Notes under the pieces: model-generated | Seen by the model: the letters and a program-made list of their open reading frames with translations, nothing else | Told to the model about the DNA's origin: nothing | Database searches by the model: none | Part shown: in pieces, positions 28,947 to 38,524 of the stretch | Position numbering within the stretch: position 1 is the first letter of the stretch | Layout: every line of letters begins with the position of its first letter | Assembly (NCBI GenBank): GCA_026991575.1 | Contig: JALXBF010000116.1 | Coordinates: 64,495-128,494, forward strand | Direction of reading: 5' to 3' | Length of the DNA: 64,000 nt | Origin: Planctomycetota bacterium | GTDB taxonomy: Bacteria > Planctomycetota > Planctomycetia > JALXBF01 | Program-made: the position numbers and the translations under genes

Positions 28947-31900
28947 TTAACCGCCGCGCCGCTGGCCAATCGAATGGAGTTCCTCCAGCACGCCCCTCAA
29001 CAACTCGGTCGGATCAGCCCTGCCCTCCTCCACTGCTGCCATGCGGGCTTCAAGCTGACGGGTTCGCGCCTCGGAAACAAACCGCTCAAAGTGCCCGGCA
29101 AGGTACGCGTAGATCTGCCGCCCGAGCTTGGTGGCGATCAAGCGGTTCGAGCGCTCGATCACGTAGCCCCGCTCCTTCAGCTTGCCCAGGATCACAGCGT
29201 ACGTGCTCGGGCGGCCAATCCCGCGTTCTTTCATGAGCCGCACCGCCTCGCCTTCTGTAAGTAGCGGCTTCCTGGGCAGTTTCTTCACGGACAGCTGGCG
29301 CCGATGCCTTCCCTCGGGCAGTGCCGGCAGTACCGGAAAAGCCGGTCGATAGAGCTCTGCCGCCACGCCGCGCACCTCAATCAGGCGGCACTCCTCGATC
29401 GTCTTGTCGTTCACGCAGATTCGATAGCGAGCCTGGAGCCCCTCCGCCGGGGGGCTCTGCGACGCCAGAAAGCGACGCACGATCCAGTCGTATAGCGCGT
29501 AATGCAGGCGCGTGAGCCCCTCGCATTGCAGGATTCCCTCCACAACCAACCGCTGAACTTCGTTGGCCCGCAGTGGCCGGGTGGGTCGGATCGCCTCGTG
29601 AGTCCCCTGCTCGCCCCAGGCACGGGGTACGCACCGGTCAGCCAGCATGGCCCGGGCTATCGCCCAGCCGGCGGCGCTGACGTGCGTGGAGTCGGTGCGG
29701 TGGTAAGTGATCAGGCCGCACTCGAAGAGCCGCTGAGCGAGCTGCATTGTCTGCGAGGTGTTCAACTTGAGGTAGCGCGCCGCGTCGTAAAGAAGCGTGT
29801 CCGTTGAGTAAGGCGGCGGTGGCGTCAGCGTGACCTGGCACCGTTCCAACTCGCTGACTTCGATCCACACCTCAGGCTCACTCACCTGCTCAAATTCGAG
29901 TCGCCACTCTGCATCGATCGCAACCGCACGCCTCTGACGTGCCTCTTCGGTCCGGTGCACGATCCAGCCGAGCACTGCTGTCTGTGCTCGGCCGGCCGAC
30001 AGCCAGTGCTTGCCGAAGACCTCCCACAGATGCTTACTCAGCTCGAACCCGATCCAGCGGTCCTCGACCCGGCGCACCAGCTGAGCGTGCACGCGGGCAA
30101 TTGCCACAGGACGCGTCTCCCGAAGGGCCTGCTGAACCGCCGGTCGCGTCACCTCGTGAAACTCCGCCCGGGCCCGTCGCGGTGCGAGCGTTGCGACCAG
30201 ATTATCCAGATCCCAGGCAATCCGCTCCCCCTCAGCATCCGGGTCCGTGCCCAGGAAGACCCGCTCTGCGTCCGACGCAAGCGTCCGCAGCGCTGCAATC
30301 CGGCTGGCTGCGTCGTCGATGTCGTCTGCCCCGCACCGAGGGCACTGCTGAATCGGTGCATCGGTTGACTGGTAGCCACACGATCGGCACCGGCGAATTG
30401 GAGCCAGCACCGGCCGGACAGTCCCGTTGACATGCACCCCGTGTAGTCCCTCGTCCGTGACGAGATCCGCCACGTGTCCCAGCGACGCAACGACGGTCAG
30501 CAACCACTCGCCGGTTGCCACCTCGTATGCCCGCAAGTTGCCGTTGGGGGCAAGGACGCGCACGGCCGGGCGGCCAAAGAACCGGGCGATCTGGCGCGCT
30601 TTCGTGGGGCTTTCCACGATCATGAGCGCAGGGCGAAGCGGATCCGACCGCTCATCGGATGCCGCACCAGCAGCCGCTTTGCGTTGGCGGTCCTCGGTGA
30701 GCTCGCGTGCGATCTGCCGAAGGTCCAGCTCGTTCAGCGGTTCAAAGCGGATGTCAAACAGTGCTGCTCGCCGCTGCAGCGCGGCCCGCACGGCGGGATC
30801 CGGCTCGAAAACCACCGACAGCCCCCTGGTCAAGCCGGCCGGGGTCAGACGGGAACATCGCCCTGACGCCTGGATGTACGTGCGCACATCGGGAATGACG
30901 AGCTCCCCCGGCCGCACCACGATGTCTGAGGCCGATGGTTGATAGCCCGATTCGAGGACTTTCGTCAGTGCCTTGGCTAACTCGCTCCGGAGTTGCTCGT
31001 CCCGCAGTGCCGCGGGGCGACGCAGCGCGCGTCGAAACGGTTGTAGTTGTGGGTGTTCGCGAAACAGGATGGCCAGCATTCTCAGCACACGCGGACTCGC
31101 ACCGTCGAGTTCCCCGACCGCAATGCGCCAGACCGGTGCGCCGCAGAAGATGGTCCACCGGATGCGCAGCGGCAGATCGATCCCTCGGACCAGCCGCCCG
31201 TAGTAGCTGGCGACGCCAAGCAGCACGGCCAGCTCCCCCCGCTCGAACCGTTCCAGTGCCCCCCGATCGTCAGCCACCTCCACCGGAATCCATCGGCGAA
31301 GGGCTTCGGCCAAGCGGACCGCCTGATCGATCCGTCGACAAAACAACAGGCCACCATCCCCCAGGGTAGCCACGACAGAATAGATCCGTTCCGGCTCCGG
31401 CACCTCGGGGGAGAGAGCGTCGATGATGTTTCGCGCCGTGTAAGCAGCGCTACCGACATCGAGTCCGAGGCGTTCGCGCAGCAGCAGTGCCCCCCGACCC
31501 ACGCGAGCGGTTGCGGTGGATGCGATCAGCACACCACGGCGCCGGCGGTGGCAGTCATCGTAGCCGAGCAGCGTCAGGATCCGCTCCGTGTTGCGGGAGC
31601 TCTTCAGGATGGCATCCACGTCGTCGGCGAACAGTAGTTCAAAGCGCTGGCCCGCCAGGTCGTCCCAGTGTGCGCTCAGGAAGCGAGCGGTCGTCAGGAC
31701 CAGCCGCGGTTTCCCCGAGCGGATTGCCGCAATGGCCGCCTGCTTATCTCGTTCTGCCAGGTCCGCGTGGTACGCAGCGATGCTCAGCCCTCGGCCAGCG
31801 CTATCGTTGACGCGCAGCCGCAGTTGAAGCTGATCAGCCCAGGCAAGGATGCGTTCCGTGACTGTTGCCACCAGCAGGCTGCTCGGAAGCAGGACATACG

Positions 31901-32216
31901 CCCGTCGCCGCCGGCTCGCCCACCATAGCGCGGCGAATGCACCAAAGGTCGTTTTGCCAATGCCCGTGACGGCGACTGTCGCGAATGACTCCCCGCGGAG
32001 CAGTCGGCGGATCCAGAGCCGCTGCAGCGCACGCGGTGGCCCCACAACACGTCGGAACGCGCTAACAAACTCATCAACCCCGGCCACGTCTGCCGCACTG
32101 CTCAGTTCACGACCCGTCGCCGCACACCGCCCTGCGGCTACCTCCTCCGACGTCAGATCACCCCCGCAGACCGGACAAAGTGAGCGATAGCGGACGGGTA
32201 TTCCGGCAGTCGACAT
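28947..32216 (-). CDS. rgy: reverse gyrase (helicase-like domain fused to type IA topoisomerase)
   Basis: The N-terminus has a Zn-finger (CPVCGG). The helicase has Walker A VTGIGKTTFG and the reverse-gyrase-specific motif II, FADDVDA (DDVD). A second Zn-finger (CRSCGY...CPRCG) follows. The TOPRIM motif is LMIVESPTKARQIARF. The catalytic tyrosine lies in LITYHRTDST, and GIGRPSTYA is present. The protein is 1089 aa. Confidence 0.85.
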   Translation of the reverse strand: MSTAGIPVRYRSLCPVCGGDLTSEEVAAGRCAATGRELSSAADVAGVDEFVSAFRRVVGPPRALQRLWIRRLLRGESFATVAVTGIGKTTFGAFAALWWASRRRRAYVLLPSSLLVATVTERILAWADQLQLRLRVNDSAGRGLSIAAYHADLAERDKQAAIAAIRSGKPRLVLTTARFLSAHWDDLAGQRFELLFADDVDAILKSSRNTERILTLLGYDDCHRRRRGVLIASTATARVGRGALLLRERLGLDVGSAAYTARNIIDALSPEVPEPERIYSVVATLGDGGLLFCRRIDQAVRLAEALRRWIPVEVADDRGALERFERGELAVLLGVASYYGRLVRGIDLPLRIRWTIFCGAPVWRIAVGELDGASPRVLRMLAILFREHPQLQPFRRALRRPAALRDEQLRSELAKALTKVLESGYQPSASDIVVRPGELVIPDVRTYIQASGRCSRLTPAGLTRGLSVVFEPDPAVRAALQRRAALFDIRFEPLNELDLRQIARELTEDRQRKAAAGAASDERSDPLRPALMIVESPTKARQIARFFGRPAVRVLAPNGNLRAYEVATGEWLLTVVASLGHVADLVTDEGLHGVHVNGTVRPVLAPIRRCRSCGYQSTDAPIQQCPRCGADDIDDAASRIAALRTLASDAERVFLGTDPDAEGERIAWDLDNLVATLAPRRARAEFHEVTRPAVQQALRETRPVAIARVHAQLVRRVEDRWIGFELSKHLWEVFGKHWLSAGRAQTAVLGWIVHRTEEARQRRAVAIDAEWRLEFEQVSEPEVWIEVSELERCQVTLTPPPPYSTDTLLYDAARYLKLNTSQTMQLAQRLFECGLITYHRTDSTHVSAAGWAIARAMLADRCVPRAWGEQGTHEAIRPTRPLRANEVQRLVVEGILQCEGLTRLHYALYDWIVRRFLASQSPPAEGLQARYRICVNDKTIEECRLIEVRGVAAELYRPAFPVLPALPEGRHRRQLSVKKLPRKPLLTEGEAVRLMKERGIGRPSTYAVILGKLKERGYVIERSNRLIATKLGRQIYAYLAGHFERFVSEARTRQLEARMAAVEEGRADPTELLRGVLEELHSIGQRRGG

Positions 32217-32328
32217 TGCGGGATCCCTCCGTTTGGCGAACCATGTACCGAGCCACGGCGCACAACGATTGAGCTGCGAGATGCCATTGTAGTACCCCCC
32301 GGAGGCCGTCCAGCGTACGTGTGGATCG

Positions 32329-33324
32329 ATGGCAAGTCACCGTTCAGAGCCGAAAGCTGTCCTCATCGTGGGACCACACCGTTCCGGCACGTCTGCCACC
32401 AGTGCGTTGGTTCATGGCTGGGGGCTGGAGCCGGCTACGGGCGACGTGGACCGCACGGGTGACCGGTTCAATCGCCGCGGGCTCTGGGAAGCCCGTTCGC
32501 TCGTAGAGCTAAACGACGCGCTACTGGCCAGCGTCGGAGTCTCGTGGAGTACAGCTCCACTGCTGGAATGGCAGTGGCCTGCCCGACTGCCGGATCGGTT
32601 GGCGTGGCAGAAGCGTTGTGAAGAGCTGGCAGCCCGGGCTGGCGCGGCCGGAGACTGGGTCTGGAAGGACCCGCGCCTCTGTGTGACGCTCGCTGTCTGG
32701 CGGGCCGTGCTTGCCGGTCGGCTGCTGGTGGTCGTTGTCGTGCGACACCCGCTGGCAACGGCCCTGTCGCTTGCCCGCAGGAATCGATTCCCAGTCGGCT
32801 TCGGTCTGGCTATCTGGACGCTGAGCGTCGCGCACGCGCTCTGCGCTGCGTCGCCTGGTGCCTGCTGTGCGGTTCACTTCGAGCAGCTCGTCGCTCGTCC
32901 GCAGGCCGCAGCCACTGCTCTGCACCACTGGCTGGCCAACCACGGTGTCACACGGCTGCGTCGGGAAGCCGCCGGGTGGGAAAGCCTGGACCGGTCCCTC
33001 ATCACTTCGAGCCCGCCGGACGAACCGCCGGGTGACGTGCTGCCGGTCTGCTGGGATCTTGCCTGGCAGCTCTACCGATCACTGCAGCCGGAGAGGGCAT
33101 TCGTGCCGATGGACGAGCAGCTTGAGCAGTTGGTCAGCTGGTGCGAACGGCATCTGCCCGGTCCCTTCCCCGCGGCAGTCGCCGAGGCGCTGGAGCGGCA
33201 GGTTACAGACCTGGCTGCCAAGGCAGAAGGGTATGAGATCCTGACGCGGCACCCGGTGCTGCGTTGGTTGCGCGCCGTGCGCCGGATGTTCCGCCGCCGT
33301 GATCACGCCCCCTCATGCCAGTAG
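32329..33324 (+). CDS. sulfotransferase-family protein (P-loop PAPS-binding-like)
   Basis: The N-terminal VLIVGPHRSGTSATS resembles the sulfotransferase 5'-PSB loop. No other domain was recognised. Confidence 0.45.
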   Translation: MASHRSEPKAVLIVGPHRSGTSATSALVHGWGLEPATGDVDRTGDRFNRRGLWEARSLVELNDALLASVGVSWSTAPLLEWQWPARLPDRLAWQKRCEELAARAGAAGDWVWKDPRLCVTLAVWRAVLAGRLLVVVVVRHPLATALSLARRNRFPVGFGLAIWTLSVAHALCAASPGACCAVHFEQLVARPQAAATALHHWLANHGVTRLRREAAGWESLDRSLITSSPPDEPPGDVLPVCWDLAWQLYRSLQPERAFVPMDEQLEQLVSWCERHLPGPFPAAVAEALERQVTDLAAKAEGYEILTRHPVLRWLRAVRRMFRRRDHAPSCQ

Positions 33325-34071
33325 TGCCGCCAGGATGCCGGTCAATACGATGCCATCGAACGTGCCCGCACCGCCGATAACGACCAGATTCACCGGCAGG
33401 CGCACGACATCACGCAGGTGTAACAGATCAGCGCCGACCAGCGTGCCCACCACGCCGGCGACGAACGCCACCGGGGCCCGGTATGTGGCTGGCGTCCCGA
33501 ATCCGAGCAGTGCCCAGGTCGCCAGCAGCGATGCGCCCGCAGGCACGATCAGCGGCAGCGCGATGCCGACGCCAGGAACCGGCTGGGCAAGCAGATAGCA
33601 GATGGCCCCCGTGGCAACCGTTGCCAGGAAGGCCGCCGCCAGATAGCTTGGCCCGGCTACGGCCAGGTGGAGCAGTTCCCAGAGTGCCAGGAGCCCCGGG
33701 ACGATCGCCCCGCCAACGTTTAAGGCGACGACAACCTCGTCTGGAGAGCGGATCACCGGGACCAGGAAGGGGGGAATAGGAAATGGTGGTCGGACTTCGA
33801 CCACAACGTGAGGCCGCTTGATGCGGTAGACCGGCACGTTGATCAGGCCGCCGACCACGATGGCCAGGACGGCGAGCAAGGCCACTGGGGGGGCGAGGTG
33901 AAGCCGTTCCAGGGCCTGCTGCATGGCCGCCACGAAAAAGACAGGCATCAAGCACAGCAGCATCAGAAGGGCGAAAACGGCAAAGAGGAAGCCGAATACG
34001 GCGAGCGAATTCAGGCGGTAGGAGCCATCCATCGAAGAGTGATCTCCGTGCTGGTCGCTCAGCGTAGGCAC
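33313..34071 (-). CDS. integral membrane protein (DUF1614-like?)
   Basis: It is 252 aa with about 6 TM helices and Gly/Ala/Leu/Val-rich composition. The family assignment is tentative. Confidence 0.5.
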   Translation of the reverse strand: MPTLSDQHGDHSSMDGSYRLNSLAVFGFLFAVFALLMLLCLMPVFFVAAMQQALERLHLAPPVALLAVLAIVVGGLINVPVYRIKRPHVVVEVRPPFPIPPFLVPVIRSPDEVVVALNVGGAIVPGLLALWELLHLAVAGPSYLAAAFLATVATGAICYLLAQPVPGVGIALPLIVPAGASLLATWALLGFGTPATYRAPVAFVAGVVGTLVGADLLHLRDVVRLPVNLVVIGGAGTFDGIVLTGILAALLA

Positions 34072-34163
34072 ACGGTGCTGGCTGCGGCCGTCCTAGCCCC
34101 CTGGAAAGGGTCGGGGCGATTCGCATAGCCTTAGTATCGTATGCACAGCGCGGAGGGCATGAG

Positions 34164-34937
34164 ATGCACGAGCTGATCGCACGCCAGTTTCGGCTTGATG
34201 GGAAAGTCGCCCTGGTCACCGGGGGCTCGAAAGGTCTTGGCAAGGCGATGGCCCGGGCCCTGGCTGCGGCCGGAGCCGATCTGGTCATCACAGCTCGCCA
34301 TCGTGAGACGTTGGAGCGCACCGCTGAGGAGATTCGAAGCGAGACTGGCCGTAAGGTCTCTGTGATCGTGGCAGATCTGAGCCGCCGTGACGAAAGTAAA
34401 CGGCTAGCGGCAGAGGCAACTGAGCGAGCTGGTCGCGTGGACATCCTCATCAATAATGCTGGCACAAATGTGCCGCAACCGATTCACGAAATTACCGACG
34501 AAACGTGGGACGAGATCGTCGAGCTGAACTTGTCTTCCGCCATGGCCCTGTCGCGCGCGCTGGCCCCGCAGATGATGGAACGGCGGTGGGGCCGCATCGT
34601 GCATGTCTCGTCGATCATGGGCTTCGTCTCGGCGCCGGGCCGAGATGTCTACTCGGCCACGAAGTCAGCGTTGTTAGGTTTGACACGGGCCATGGCCATC
34701 GACTTGGGGCCGTACGGCATTACCGTGAACTGCATCGCGCCTGGGCCGTTCCTGACCGACCTACCGATGAGCTTGCTTAGCAAGGAACAGCAGGAACAGT
34801 TCGCCAGACGCACCGCCCTAGGACGTTGGGGGAGGCCGGACGAGTTGATGGGAACGGTGCTGCTGCTGGCCTCGGAAGCGGGCGCGTACATCACCGGCAC
34901 GGCGATCGTGGTCGACGGCGGCTGGCTGGCCAAGTGA
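34164..34937 (+). CDS. SDR family oxidoreductase (FabG/gluconate 5-dehydrogenase-like)
   Basis: It has the cofactor-binding motif TGGSKGLGKA, NNAG, and the catalytic S...YxxxK tetrad (YSATKSA). Confidence 0.85.
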   Translation: MHELIARQFRLDGKVALVTGGSKGLGKAMARALAAAGADLVITARHRETLERTAEEIRSETGRKVSVIVADLSRRDESKRLAAEATERAGRVDILINNAGTNVPQPIHEITDETWDEIVELNLSSAMALSRALAPQMMERRWGRIVHVSSIMGFVSAPGRDVYSATKSALLGLTRAMAIDLGPYGITVNCIAPGPFLTDLPMSLLSKEQQEQFARRTALGRWGRPDELMGTVLLLASEAGAYITGTAIVVDGGWLAK

Positions 34938-34941
34938 TCGC

Positions 34942-36021
34942 TCAGGCGGGCAGCCGAAAGACGCGGCGCAAGGCACGGATCAGCTGCCCGTGGAGCTCAA
35001 GCGGCTGTCCGTCGACAAGCGGTTCGGCGCGGCCCGTGAGCCCGTCCACGGCGCCTGCTGCCAGCGCAGCGTCCACCAGCCGGCACTCCCACGCAGGCGT
35101 GATCCAACGGGCTGCAAGCGGCCGGGCAGCACAGGCGGCAACCGCCAGGGCCAGCCCGTAAGCCCCCCAGTTGGAAACGCCCGCGAGGATCAGGCTGTCG
35201 GCGGGAGTGCGGCACGCAATCAGCCCGCCAAGGCCGTCTCGCAAGCTGATCTGTAGCAGCCGCCACGGAATGCGCCCCATGCCAATCTCGTTACCGCCGT
35301 CGCCCACGCCAACGCGGAACCAAGCTGGCCGCTCCAGCTCAAACCAGCGATCAAAGGCGGCGCAGCAGCCCGTTATCGGCTCGCCCCGACAGTTGTGGTA
35401 CTTCCCCCAGTGGCTTTCTGGCACAACTGCCTCGAAAACCGGATCTCGCTCACCGTCCAGCAGCGCGGTCTCAGGCCGATGGGCCGGACCAGGCCGTTCC
35501 ACAGCAATCACCACGCCGACCCTGCGCCCCCCGGCCGCATCGTATAACGCCTGCACCGCAGCCTCACGCTCTGCTGGTACCTCTTCCACACATCGAGTCT
35601 GAAGCACGGCTCCCGCCCGACGAACCTCCTCAGCGCAACGCTCCAGCACCCCCGCGCACAGCCGATCGGTAACCAAGACGACCTGCCAGCCAACCTCCGC
35701 CAGCGCAGCGCCGAGCAACACGGCTCCGGGCGGACCATCCGTCTCCGGCCGTAGCTGCCCTGCCCCTCGCACAGGAAAACCGGTTACGATGACCGCCCGA
35801 CCATGTGGGCGTGCCAGTCGCCGCGAAGCGCGTTGCAGATCGCCACGGACGTGCCCTAGGATTCCAAGGTCCCGGTCACTCACCAGGCCGCGCCGGTTTG
35901 GATCCCAGCGCAGCACCCGCTCCAGCCTGCGACACCAGGACAGTGGCCGCGGCGGTCTGAGGCGCTGTCGAAGCGTTCGAGGCAACGGCTGGCGATTCAT
36001 CCGGCACAGCGGCGGCATCAT
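34942..36021 (-). CDS. DUF4392-like protein (D-glutamate cyclase-related family?)
   Basis: It contains VIVTGFPV ... ETDGPPGA, a motif I associate with the DUF4392/D-glutamate cyclase C-terminal domain. The N-terminus is Arg-rich. Confidence 0.35.
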   Translation of the reverse strand: MMPPLCRMNRQPLPRTLRQRLRPPRPLSWCRRLERVLRWDPNRRGLVSDRDLGILGHVRGDLQRASRRLARPHGRAVIVTGFPVRGAGQLRPETDGPPGAVLLGAALAEVGWQVVLVTDRLCAGVLERCAEEVRRAGAVLQTRCVEEVPAEREAAVQALYDAAGGRRVGVVIAVERPGPAHRPETALLDGERDPVFEAVVPESHWGKYHNCRGEPITGCCAAFDRWFELERPAWFRVGVGDGGNEIGMGRIPWRLLQISLRDGLGGLIACRTPADSLILAGVSNWGAYGLALAVAACAARPLAARWITPAWECRLVDAALAAGAVDGLTGRAEPLVDGQPLELHGQLIRALRRVFRLPA

Positions 36022-36038
36022 GTCTGCCGAGCGGACGC

Positions 36039-37352
36039 TTACAGCGTCTTCACTTTCGCCTCAAAGATCTCGTACGCACGCAACTGGTCGCGAGCGAACG
36101 CCTGGGCCCCCTTGTCCCGAAGCTCATCCGTAAGCTGCTCCAGGCTGGTGCCCGCTGGAGCCAGCACTTCCTCGGCCACCATGGCGATCACCTCATCCGG
36201 ACTCCGTCGCTCCGCGCCACCACCAGCCAGCACCAGTTCTTCCCACCGTGCGATTGTCTCGCCCGTTTGTTCGATCCATGGCAACGGGTCGAAGATGGTA
36301 TCACGCCGAGGGATACCCTCCGTTGTGAGCTTCCGTTCCAGTGCCTCCAACGTGCCCACCGGAACGGTGTTGGCAACATATGGACCAAAGAAGGGTAGCA
36401 CGTAGATCAGATCGCTGTAGACGCCAGGCTTCTTGTTGCTACTGCTGGCGATCAATAGCCGCTGGATCGGCGCTCCGGGCCCCAGGGCCTTGAACCGCTG
36501 ACCGTACTCCCTCGCTTGCTCAGCCACGGGCGCAAGCACGCCGAGCGGGTCGTGCAGCGGTTCGCCCAGGAAGATGGTGCGGAACAGCCGGTAGACCAGC
36601 TTTGCGTTCGCAATGGCGGTCTTGCCCTTGAGCAGGCGCAATTCGGCGGCTGCCGCGGCGGAGTCCTGCAGCCGGGTGTCGATGAGGGCGTCGACGGCCG
36701 TGTCGAGCCGGCTTACGAAGAGGCTATTCACCGAGCGGATCGACCCGATGTCGGCACCGGCAGCCTTCGCATCTTCCAACCCTTCGATGAATCCGGCCAC
36801 GGTGTTGACGTAGTGGTGCATCCCGAAGACGAGCGTGATGTTTGGATTCACCAGCCGGCTCTTGCCCTCGCGCGCCCGCCGGGCCACCGACTCTCGGATC
36901 ATCGCTCGAATCGCCTCCGGCGATGGGCCAACGTTAGCCAGCTTGATCATCAACCACGGGGAGAGGTCCTGCAGCTGGTCAGCCTCGGCGATGACGGCCT
37001 GCGGGTCAGCGGCCCGGGTTGCGTCGGTCTCGCGGCTGAAAAGCAGCGCCGACTCCGGCGACAGCCACCGCTCCAACACCTCCGCCGACCGAAGCGCCTC
37101 CCGGTTGTACAGGATGTTGAAGATCTCCGTGGGGTTTTTCCCCTCGCGTTTCAGTCGAGCGATGTCGTCGTCGAAATGCCCTGCCTGCACCATCTTCAGA
37201 AACAGCGTCTGGTTGCTGGTCTGCCCCAACACCCCCTTGCGTACCCATGCTTCGAGGCGCTCCGGCTCGATGAGCCCGTCGATCAGGAACGCATTGCCGC
37301 CGGTTGCCGGATCGTACAGATCGCGCAGGCTACGTGCGATGTCCGCCATGGC
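36039..37352 (-). CDS. transaldolase-family protein (long form)
   Basis: It carries GQTSNQTLF, which fits the transaldolase G-x-T-[ST]-N-P-x-[IL]-F region. The Schiff-base lysine region was not confidently located. The start was moved to ATG 37352 (MADIARSL). Confidence 0.45.
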   Translation of the reverse strand, partial: AMADIARSLRDLYDPATGGNAFLIDGLIEPERLEAWVRKGVLGQTSNQTLFLKMVQAGHFDDDIARLKREGKNPTEIFNILYNREALRSAEVLERWLSPESALLFSRETDATRAADPQAVIAEADQLQDLSPWLMIKLANVGPSPEAIRAMIRESVARRAREGKSRLVNPNITLVFGMHHYVNTVAGFIEGLEDAKAAGADIGSIRSVNSLFVSRLDTAVDALIDTRLQDSAAAAAELRLLKGKTAIANAKLVYRLFRTIFLGEPLHDPLGVLAPVAEQAREYGQRFKALGPGAPIQRLLIASSSNKKPGVYSDLIYVLPFFGPYVANTVPVGTLEALERKLTTEGIPRRDTIFDPLPWIEQTGETIARWEELVLAGGGAERRSPDEVIAMVAEEVLAPAGTSLEQLTDELRDKGAQAFARDQLRAYEIFEAKVKTL

Positions 37353-37409
37353 ATGTTCCTGTTGCGAGTTGCCGCGGGGCCGTCGTCGTGCCGCGAACAC
37401 TCAACAAGT

Positions 37410-37880
37410 TTATCGGTCGCGCGACGGCGAAGGGACTCGGAGAGGAGGTAGCCGCAGATCGTCGGCTCCACGATCGCCTGCGGACACTTTGCCGTCGGCG
37501 GGCGGGTCGTCGTCAAAATCCAGCAGCGACGGTCCGCCATCGATGATACGCGGCGCGTCCTGGTCAGCTCGACCGAACGGATGCAGCAACCGATCGAACC
37601 ACCGGCCCAAGGGAAAGAGGGAACGCCGCTTGCGCGGCTGCTCCGCGGAAGCAGGCCGCACCCCGACAGCCTCTCTAGCCATGCCACCTACGCGGCTTCG
37701 AAGCGTCTGCCAGGTGCGCGCCGGAAACCGGACCAGCTTCTGCCACAGGGTGTTCTTCCGCTGAGCCGCTTGCTCGGGTGCAGAGCCCGATAGCTTCCGC
37801 TGCTGGCCGGCGCCGGCTGCGCTGCTAAGCAACCCGACGGCCAGGATCAGACAAACGGCACAGCATCCTGCTGCGCGCAT
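37410..37880 (-). CDS. hypothetical small secreted protein
   Basis: The internal ATG at 37880 gives MRAAGCCAVCLILAVGLLSSAAGAG, a signal peptide. The remainder is a low-complexity Arg/Asp/Pro-rich product of 157 aa. Confidence 0.3.
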   Translation of the reverse strand: MRAAGCCAVCLILAVGLLSSAAGAGQQRKLSGSAPEQAAQRKNTLWQKLVRFPARTWQTLRSRVGGMAREAVGVRPASAEQPRKRRSLFPLGRWFDRLLHPFGRADQDAPRIIDGGPSLLDFDDDPPADGKVSAGDRGADDLRLPPLRVPSPSRDR

Positions 37881-38524
37881 GGGCACCTCCGTTTCGGCCA
37901 GCCCCATGTTGCTCTGACCCTTCTCTATCCCATCGCCTCGTATCTGTGAAGACCAGCCGGAGATGCAAACCTGATTCAGCTGCTGCACCCCCGCCGCCGT
38001 GCCGGATGGCCGGAACGCGGAGTAGAAATGTCGACTGCTAAGCAGCGGTGCTGACCCCCGTTGACGTGGATTGCGGCGGCGCAGCCTCCGTGCCTCGCCA
38101 TGCCAGGAAGCCCCTGCGGCCATGTGGACAAGAGCTGACTCGCCGCGTCGGCCGTTCACGCGCACCCATCGAGACACGCCTACGACCACCTGGCTATGCC
38201 GCTTTCCCACCGGGTCAGACTTCACAAGAAAGCTGTCAGAAATGGGCCGGACCAGCCGTACCAAGAAGGGGACAACAAGTGGTGGTGCCCGCGTCTGGAA
38301 CGCTGGCAATGTTGTGATTGTCTATAGCACAAACCGGGGAGGGAATCATGCACCGCACACCCAATCAGCGAGGGGATTTCCCAGTGGTAGCACCGCACAA
38401 CGTGAAGCTCCGAACGGAGGTCAGGCAGGCGGAGGGTCGTATGACGTCGAAGCATCCAACCGATGTGCGCGATCCGGAACCAAAGGTGTCGTTCGTCGTT
38501 GAACCCGCTCAAGATGGAGGACCA

